Positions 54,446-64,000 of a stretch of DNA of 64,000 bases are shown piece by piece. The position numbers and the translations under genes are program-made. The notes beneath the pieces were generated by a model, which saw nothing but the letters and a program-made list of their open reading frames with translations, was not told the DNA's origin and made no database searches. The stretch is from Camelus ferus. Taxonomy: Eukaryota. The stretch covers positions 121,274,001 through 121,338,000 of the forward strand of contig NC_045696.1 in the NCBI RefSeq assembly GCF_009834535.1, read 5' to 3'. How positions within the stretch are numbered: position 1 is the stretch's first letter; every line of letters starts with the position of its first letter.

Positions 54446-54825
54446 TAACTTCCCTCCCTGCTTACAGGGCATTGTACCTGGCAGGACCCTATGACTATCT
54501 GCTGTCAACTCTTTTCGAAAGTTGAGAGAGATTCCACTGTGGGTCACGGCCCGGGTTCCGCCTCCCCTCAGCGGCACCCCCGCAGTCAGCTTTGGCTCTC
54601 GCTGACAGGACAAGGAACAGTCTAGGAAGCCCACAACTGCCTTGGCTGGAATTGAGGGCACTCCCTACGCTGTCACTCGGCACTCAGTGGGACACATCTC
54701 CCTTGGGGACAGGTGGCGCGAGGCAGGGTGAGAACGGGCAGACCAGCAGGCATGCCCGCCGTCCCTCTGCCAGGCAGACGCACTCTTGCTGCCCCTCAAC
54801 AAGACCCTTCCCTCTGCACGGGGCC

Positions 54826-54985
54826 AGGGCCGGTTGTGCGGGGTGGAGGCTTATATAATTTGGAATCCTTCTTTAAGAACAAGTACAAAACTCCACATAA
54901 GCACATGACAGAGCTTTGGAAGGGTCCAGGAGAGCGAGGGGCTCTGAAGTTGCAGCTGCACTGGTTTCCCGTAACTCAGTGTCTG
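54826..54985. mobile_element. MER53-like hAT MITE
   Basis: 'gcttatataatttggaatccttctttaagaacaagtacaaaa...aggggctctgaag'. Confidence 0.55.
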
Positions 54986-55679
54986 ACCCTGACTCAGACT
55001 GGCTGGCCCTCCCACCACTGGCCCCTTGACCTCAACACCTCGTTTACATTGCTTTTTCACTTGAGAGGGCCTCCCTCCGCCTCCTCCTTCAACTCCTGGC
55101 CCAAATTTTTCCAAAGTTTGGTCCCACAGTGGCTCCTCTATTCCACCTAGCAGAAAGCCCTCCCCACCCCGCAGGCTCACTGCCCCGTGCACAAGCCCAG
55201 GATACGCCGCCCACTACAGCTTAGAGGGCATCCTGAATTGCCCTACGTGGGGTGTATATAGGGGAGTCTTGGGCACAGGGACTGTTTCTTCATTGGCATG
55301 TCCCCTCAGCACCTACCTAAGCTCTGGGTGCCGCAGGAAGGGGAGGAAACGAGGAGAGGTGTCATAACGGCAAGATGATGGGGCTTGGGGCACGGCCGAC
55401 TCGCTGGGGTCTAATCTGCCCCTGAGCAGTGTGGGGCCGTGTAAGTCAGTGCTCGCCGCGTTCTGGTTTCCCCCTGACACATGGGTGTAACGATGACATC
55501 CATACCACATCACTGCTGTGAGGATTAAGTAAGCATTTCTTCGTTCACCAGTATTGACTGAGCCCTCTCCAGGGTGATTTTTTTGGCACCAGAGGCTTGG
55601 AATACATGTGAATGAGCAAGATCTCCGTGTGGGCTTCTCACAGTTGAGTTGGGAGATGGAAACATAATGTATCAGGATA

Positions 55680-56125
55680 TTATTTTTCCTCATATTTTAT
55701 TTTTTCTTATTGTTTTTTTGCTCATACACATGTATTTTTTAACTAAAGTATAGTCAGTTTACAATGTTGTGTCAATTTCTGGTGTACAGCATAATGCTTC
55801 AGTCATACATATACACACACATATTCATTTTCACATTCTTTTTCATTATAGGTTACTACAAGATATTGAATGTAGTTCCCTGTGCTGTACAGAAGGACCT
55901 TGTTGTTTATCTATTTTATGTATAGTAGTATCCGCTAATCCCAAACTCCCAATTTACCCCTTCCCATCCCTTTCCTCCTCCAACCCCGGTAACCATGTGA
56001 TTGTTTTCTATGTCTGTGAGTCTGTTTCTGTTTTGTAAATAAGTTCATTTGTGTCTCATTTTTTTTTAGATTCCACATATAAGTGATATTGTGTGGTATT
56101 TCTCTTTCTTATTGTGGCTTACTCA
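55680..56125 (-). mobile_element. Young L1 3' end
   Basis: Reverse complement of the L1 3'UTR with a T-rich tail. Confidence 0.9.
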
Positions 56126-56288
56126 CAGCACACACACAACCAGAGCAGAGTAGGAGCTCCACGAATGGGTGACTGACAGAATGAAGGAATTCAGAAGAGA
56201 AAATGATTGATTCTGTGGTGTCGTGTAAATACATTGTTATATATAACCAAGTGACGGTGTGTGGGAAGTCACAAGAGGCTCCAGGTTA

Positions 56289-56795
<507 letters not shown>

Positions 56796-59700
56796 TCAGG
56801 ATGCACCTTCAGAGAGCCGTGTTTCAAGGAGGAAAATCATAGACAGAACCGTCTGCAGCTTTGTATTTAAGGGTTTGGAGCCTCCTGTATCATTAAGTAA
56901 CAGGACGACAAAGACGGAGTGAGAGTGAGGGTACCTGGAAACTTAGGGTGGGAAAGGGTCTGAGGGCTCGTCTGGGCTCAGGAGGAAGAAATCTGTCCTC
57001 AATGCCCAGTGTCCAATGGGCACTGAAGGGGAGATGACCACGCAGATGCCCTGTGTTTGCCACCCCTGCTCTGATGGGAGGGTCACAGTTCATGACCCCC
57101 AGCATAATGACGAGGCTGTGAAGGCAAACTGCCAGTGGTATCCAGGGGGCCTTTCACTGGGTTTACACGGGATGTTTACGGAGCCGGTTCAGTCCCCTGG
57201 CCCCTGTGACAAGGATGCTCCACCCCCCCTACACACACATCTGCCACTTTCTGCTCCACTCTGCGCCCCGGAGGCTGCCCTCTGGGGTCTGGGTGGAGTC
57301 CACCACAGGGAGGACTGGGCAGGGGCTCAGCAAGCGGGAAGAAGGAGGGCCCAGCCGTGTCCCCACACCGCTGCACACACCATCCGCTAGCGACGCCGTC
57401 CACAAAGGGAGCCTCCACCGGGGCCTGGTGACACAGTCCCTTCCCTACCCCGGCCCCTCCAACCCGGCTGGGAGTGATTCCTGCTGTGGCCACAGCACCT
57501 CTGCCCATGCTCACAAGAAGAGCCCCCGCTGTGCAGTCTAACCCTCGGGTGCACCTCCCCAGGGATGCCATCTGCTTCCTGCCTGGACCCCCCACCACTA
57601 ACATTCTCCTCTGTCTGCTACAGGTAAGGACACTCAGCACGATTTACAGTCTGCCAGGCCTTATAGGACCAGGTTACAGGTAAACCAAGCTCCTCCAGGG
57701 TTTCTCAGCAGGAGACACCCATCCCTCCAGTTTACAGGTCCTCGGAGCCTCCGAGTACAGGCAGCTTTCAGAGGGCAACACTGTTCAACGGATACTCCCC
57801 GGAGTCATTCATGAGCGCAAACTGTGGAAAACATTCCCCCGCTTTCATTAGAGTACAGGGAAAGTCTCTCAATTAAATGAAAGGAAACCATTTTTGACCA
57901 TATCATGCCTGTACACATCATCCAGCAAAGAGGATTTGACAGATTCCTGCATTTCGTGCTTTCCTCCCGGCCTGTCCCTTCCTACGCAGGGCCCTGGGTG
58001 AGGGAGGGTCTCCTGGAAGGAACACCATCTGCTCTTCCTTGTGGGGCCAAGAAGGGGAATTTGACGTCCCTGTCCATCACACAGAAAACCAAACCACAGC
58101 CCGCTGCTGACTAGCTCTTCTTCAGACCAACGGTGGACTCTTCCCATGAAGACTCAGCTTCCACCTGAGCTGAATTTTACACTCTTTAAAATGTTCATTC
58201 TGGTGGGGGCAGGACTGCGTATGTTATTGGCTGATGGTGTGGGTGCAAAGATCTACTGTGTTGGCGTAAATATTTTCAGTTAATAAGAGATCATGGTTTT
58301 GATTAATTGTAAAAATCAAGAGGTCACAGCCTGATAGTCAGCAAGTTCATGCTAACTTGGAGGTGTTTTATTTGTCCCACTTGAAAGTAGTCTTCCCTTC
58401 ATTAACATAAAAGAGGTGCTATTTCTATTGCCCCCTCCCTCTGGGAAAAAATCAGATTATCTGGTAACCTGGCGCTACATTCACACATGGTAACAACTGG
58501 GGGCTGCCTCGTTCAGATGGGCATTTTCCAAGCTCTTCACCCTCAGAAAAGCCCCCCACTTGACACCTGGAGGCATTTTTGCATCATTTGGTCCAAATTC
58601 ATAGAATCAGGAGTAATATGACAAGAGATTTAATTACATTCATGTGGTGCCTTTTGGTAGAGGATTTCAAAATAATCCCTGAGAAGTACCCTATAGGTAG
58701 ATTCTCAAGGCACAGAAAAGGACCCTTCTCTCCTCGTGGACAGAGGAACAGAGTCCAGTGACACATCTGAAACAAAATTCTGAAAACCAAGTTCCCTAAA
58801 GGATGCAACACCATGGAACGAGGTCACGCCAGGAAATGGGATCTTAGGAAACAGGCCAGCCCGGGTGCCTCTAGACACAAATACCAATCAGGGGGACCTC
58901 GCAGCCAGCCAGGCTGAGTGCTCGGCTGACAGTCAGACATCGCTGCTCGTCCCCGGATGGAACAACTGGTACTTCCCAGCAGCATTCCTGACGCCAGCTC
59001 GACAATATGCTAGCCCGACGAGCAGCTCCCAGGAAATGAAACACCTGTAGTTAAAGAAGTTTTGGAAGCCCCGCCACAGTACCTGTTCTTAGAAAGCATG
59101 ATGCATGGCACAGTCCACGAAAGGCCCCCGAGGAGTTCTGCAGCAAATCCACAGGTTCACTTGTCTAAAAGGGTCCAAACTTATTTAACCCTCATTTTTC
59201 CCCTTCACAGAATACAGATACTAACATCCAACAAAGCACAGACACTCTTCAAAGAGTTTGCACTACACTGTTGAGAAAATAGACCTCTTTTATTTTCTCT
59301 CAGAGCAAAGAAGCTACACCAGTGGGACAAGCTGACTTCACACTCCACACTTGGCACAGCAGACATGCCCTGTTTGTTCAGCACTCATTTATTAAATTAA
59401 TGAACAAACGATAAGCCTCTGAGTGTGTTCAGTGTCCGGCACCATTCCCTGATGGGCCCTGCCTCCCATTTGCCCCATGTTTCTCTTGGCCATCTTCTCT
59501 CCCTGACCTACTCGGCACAACGTAGAGTTTCTACATGAAGCCAAACTCAAGTCACCATAAATCTCATCTCATCATGAAACTCCAGCTCAGAAGCAGAAGA
59601 CAGGATGGGACAGAGCGCTGATGCCAACAAGTGTCATGGGCCATGGCTGGGCAGACCCGGGGACACCCATCTGTCGGTCACCAGCCACACATCTGCATTC

Positions 59701-60585
59701 TCCTTCCACTGTGACCCAGCAACCAGCACCCACTCCGCTGCCCCATCTCCATCTATTTCACTTTCTGCTTTACGAGTCCCTGAAAGACTTGCTTTGAATC
59801 CAAGGAATGGCCAATGTTTGCTATAGTTGTTAACTAGAGATGGACGCTGCCGGCACCAGGTTGAGTGAGAGCCTGGTGGGACAGACACCAGGCATGAAGG
59901 AGGCACAGGCTCTTGCTGAGTCTGCCCTGCGGCAGGCTGAGCGATGGAACGTTCTAGACTGTTGTACACGACCACTCCCTCGTCACCTGTGGGACTCAGG
60001 CTCCTCCACATCCCACAGAGCTCTCCAGATGTCTGTATTTCCCCTCCTATTCCTGTTTATTTCCTCGTAAATGGCAGAGAGAGTTTCTGATAAATGAAAA
60101 GGTCTGGTAATCAGAAAATTCACCTCAGTGGACTTTTCAATTCACTGCCAAACCACCCAGGCAGACTGATTCTTTATGGATGTACCCTAAGACTGGCACA
60201 GGATAACGTCTTTACCGGAAGAGGTCAAAGTCCTTCTCTTTCTTTTTCTCCTTCCTATTCTCAAATTCCTACTTTCTCTGTCTTTATTTTATTATTATTA
60301 TTTTGTCTCCTTTTTCAGTTTTTTTAGGTAGAATTATTACAGTTCGATGGCACATACACATTATATTGCATGTAAATACATATATACAGTATACTGCACA
60401 TTTTTTTAGTTTACATATATGTACTAAGTATTGTTTCTAAGAACAGATTAAACCTTTAGCTTTTTAAACTTACACAGTTACCAAAGGAATAAAGCCAACT
60501 ACAAAATAAGAATCAACAGAATGCGGTAATCCAATCATAAAGGACAGTCAAATGTGCTTACACATATTCAAGAAATCAAAATACT

Positions 60586-63350
60586 AATTAGCTCATTTGT
60601 ATCCCTGTTATTATTGTCATTATTTTTTAGATTCCTCATATAAATGATGTCATATTGCATTTTGCTTTCTCCTTCCGGCCCATTTCTCTTAGAATGACAA
60701 TCTTCAGGTCCATCCATATTGCTTGCTGCAAATGCATATTATTTTATTCTTTCTTATGGCTGAGTAGTGTTCCAATCTGTATACGTACCACGTCTTCTTT
60801 ATCCAGTCATCTGTTGATGGACATTTGGGTTGTTTCCATGTCTTGACTATTGTAAATAGTGCTGCTATGAACATTGGGGTGCGTGTGTCTTTTTGAATTT
60901 TATTTTTCTCTGGATATACGCCCAGGAGTGGGATTGCTGGATCCCATGGTAAGTCTATTTTCAGTTTTTTAAGAAACCTCCATACTGTCCTCCATAGTGG
61001 TTGCACCAATCTACCCTCCCATCAACAGTGCAGGAGGGTTCCATTTTCTCCACACCCTCTCCAGCATCTATCATTTGTAAACTTTTCAAAGATGGTCATT
61101 CTGGCTGGTGTGAGGTGATATCTCATTGTAGTTTTGATTTGCATTTCTCTGACAATTAGTGATCCTGAGCATTTTTTCATGTGCCTATTGGCCATTTGTA
61201 TGTCTTCATTGGAGAACTGCTTGTTTACGTCTTCTGCCCATTTTTGGATTGGGTTGCTTGTTTCTTTGATATTAAGGTGTATGAGCTGTTCATATATTTT
61301 GGAAATTAGTCCCTTGTCAGTCACATCATTTGCAAATATTTTCTACCATTCTGTAGGTCTTTTTGTTTTGTGGATGGTATCCTTAGCTGTGCAAAAGCTT
61401 TTAAGTTTATTAGATTCCATTTGTTTATTTTTGCTTTTATTTCCAATACTCCAGGAGCTGGTTCAAAAAAATATACTGCTGTAATGTATGTCTGTGAGTG
61501 GTTGTGCCTATGTTTTCCTCTAGGAGTTTTATAGTATCTGGTCTTACACTTAGGTCTTTAATCCATTTTAAGTTTATTTTTGTACATGGTGTTAGAGAAT
61601 GTTCTAATTTCAGTCTTTTGCAGGTAGATGTCCGTCTAGTTTTCCCATTACCACTTATTGAAGAGACTGTCTTTTCTCCACTGTGTATTCTTGCCTCCTT
61701 TGTCATAGATTAATTGACCATATGTGCATGGGTTTATTTCTGGACTTTCTATCCTGATCCATTGATCTATGTGTCTGTTTTTGTGCCAGTACCATACTAT
61801 TTTGATTACTGTAGCTTTGTAGTATAGTCTGAAGTCAGGAAGCATGATTCCTCTAGCTCCTTTCTTCTTTTTCAAGATTGTTTCAGCTATTTGAGGTCCT
61901 TTGTGTTTCCATACAAATTTTAACATTTTTTGTTCCAGCCCTGTGAAGAATGTCATTGGTAACTTGATAGGGGCTGCACTGAATCTGTAAATTGCCTTGG
62001 GCAGTATGGCCATTTTAACAATATTGATTCTTCCAATCCAAGAACATGGTATATCTTTCCATTTGTTTATGTTGTCTTCAATTTCCTTCATCAGCGTCTT
62101 ATAGTTTTTGGCATATAGGTCTTTTGCCTCCTTGGGTAGGTTTACTCCTAGGTATTTTATTCTCTTTGGCATGATGGTAAGTGGTATTGTTTCCTTAATT
62201 TCCCTTTCTGCTATTTTACTGTTAGAGTATAGAAACGCAACTTATTTCTGTATATTAATTTTGTATTCTGAAACTTTACCATATTCATTGATGAGCTCTA
62301 GTAGTTTTCTGGTCACTTCTTTAGGGTTTTCTATGTATAGTATCATGTCATCTGCAAATAGTGACAGTTTTACTTCTTCATTTCCAATTTAGATTCCTTT
62401 TATTTCTTTTTCTTCTCTGATAGCTGTGGCTAAGACTTCCAAAACTATGTTGAATAAAAGTGGTGAGAGTGGGCATCCTTGTCTTGTTCCTGATCTTACA
62501 GGGAATGCTTTCAGCTTTTCTCCATTAAGTATGATGTTAGCTGTAGGTTTGTCATATATGGTCTTTATTATGTTGAGGTATCTCCCGACTATGCCCAGTT
62601 CCTGGAGAGTTTTGATCATAAATGGGTGTTGAATTTTATCAAAAGCTTTTTCTGTGTCTATTGAGAGTATCTATATAGTTTTTATTCTTTAATTTGTTAA
62701 TGTGGTGTATCACGTTGATTGATTTGCATATACTGAAAATTTCCTGCATCCCTGGGATAAATCCAACTTCATCTTGGTGTATGATCCTTTTAATGCAGTG
62801 TTGGAGTCGATGTTCTAGTATTTTGTTGAGGATTTTTGCATCTATATTCACAGGTGATATTGGCCTGTAATTTTCTTTTTTTTGTGATATCCTTGTCTGG
62901 TTTTGGTATCAGGGTGATTATGGCCTCATAGAATGAGTTTGGAAGTGTTCCTTCCTCTGCAACTTTTGGGAATACTTTCAGAAGGATAGGTGTTAACTCT
63001 TCTTTAATGTTTGGTAGAATTCACCTGTGAAGCCATCTGGTCCTGGACTTTTGTTTGTTGGGAGGTTTTTAATTACTGATTCAATTTCAGTACTGGTAAT
63101 TGGTCTATTCATACTGCCTGTTTCTTCCTGGTTTAGTCTTAGCAAATTGTTCCTTTTTAAGAAATTGTCCATTTCTTCTGCATTGTCATTTTCGTTGGCA
63201 TATGGTTGCTCATAGTATCCTTTTATGATCCCTTGTATTTCTGTGGTGTCAGCTGTAACTTCTCCTTTTTCATTTCTGATTTTGTTAATTTGGGCCCTCT
63301 CGCTTTTTTTCCTGATGAGTCTGACTAAAGGCTTATCAATTTTGTTTATT
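60586..63350 (-). mobile_element. L1 ORF2 (RT and C-terminal part) and partial 3'UTR, decayed
   Basis: ORF fragments [29 protein letters not shown] and [12 protein letters not shown], broken by stops and frameshifts. Confidence 0.97.
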
Positions 63351-63820
63351 TAAGAAAATTGAAATCGTACCAACCATCTTTTCAGACCACAATGCTATTA
63401 GATTAGAAATCAACTACAAGAAAAAAACTGCAAAATTGCAAACACATGGAGGCTAAACAACATGCTACTACACAACCAGTGGATCATAGAATAAATAAAA
63501 GAGGAAACCAAAAAAATACTTAAGAGACAAATGAAAACAAAAACACAACAACCCAAAACCTCTGGGATGCAGCAAAAACAGTTCTCAGAGGGAAGTTTAC
63601 AGCGACACAAGTCTACCTCAGGAAACAAGAAAAATCTCAAGTAAACAACCTAACCTTACACCTAAAGCAGCTGGAGAAAGAAGAACAAACAAACCCCAAA
63701 GTTAGTAGAAGAAAAGAAATCACTAAAGATTGGAGCAGAAATAAATGAAATAGAGACTGAAAAAACAATAGAAAAGATCAATGAAACTAAAAGCTGGTTC
63801 TTTGAAAAGATAAACAAAAT
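63351..63820 (+). mobile_element. Inverted 5' segment of the same L1 (twin priming)
   Basis: Plus-strand ORF2 ends at '...ataaacaaaatt', the same point where the minus-strand segment begins. Confidence 0.9.
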
Positions 63821-64000
63821 TATTTTATTATTATTTTTTTCATTGAAGTATGGCCAGGTACAATGTGTCATTTTCTGGTGTACAGCACAATGTCCCAATC
63901 ATACATACACATACATATAATCATTTTCATTAAAAGTTATTATAAGATATTGAATATAGTTTCCTGTGCTATACATAAGAAATTTGTTTATTTTTATACA
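63821..64000 (-). mobile_element. L1 3' end (continues beyond the window)
   Basis: T-rich tail followed by the reverse complement of the L1 3' terminus. Confidence 0.88.

Noticed and set aside
54311..54661. ORF with (GRKE)n repeats
   Set aside because: Translation of the (TTCC)n microsatellite.
61022..62851. Reverse-transcriptase-like ORFs as a novel RT system
   Set aside because: Fragments of ordinary L1 ORF2 broken by stops and frameshifts.

Overview
This is a mammalian genomic window, most likely camelid: it has three copies of a vic-1-like tRNA-derived SINE, and I recognised no Alu, B1, BovB or PRE-1 repeats. It lies inside a large minus-strand gene, copine-4 (CPNE4). Five internal coding exons (180, 72, 75, 84 and 90 bp; all AG/GT-bounded, all phase 0) splice into 167 uninterrupted codons covering most of the C2A domain and the first part of C2B. 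The start codon, the rest of C2B and the vWA domain are outside the window. The remainder is intron, dominated by young and ancient L1 fragments, L2/MIR, MaLR (MLT1) and ERV1/ERVL solo LTRs, hAT MITEs and microsatellites. Apart from ORFs overlapping the CPNE4 exons and L1 ORF2 remnants, the ORF track looks spurious. I found no evidence of a new multi-gene system. The best leads are retrotransposition chimeras: (i) a polyadenylated, TSD-flanked retrocopy of an ERV LTR 3' end whose parent-family solo LTR is in the same window; (ii) a twin-primed, 5'-inverted L1 whose 3' end is replaced by about 280 bp of non-L1, 3'UTR-like sequence; (iii) a SINE interrupted by an L1 carrying a swapped 3' tail that recurs about 37 kb away. 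There is also an intronic CpG island, a MER41-like LTR, and a circRNA-permissive, stop-free exon cassette. Repeat family names come from recognition by eye, and boundaries are approximate unless TSDs are quoted.
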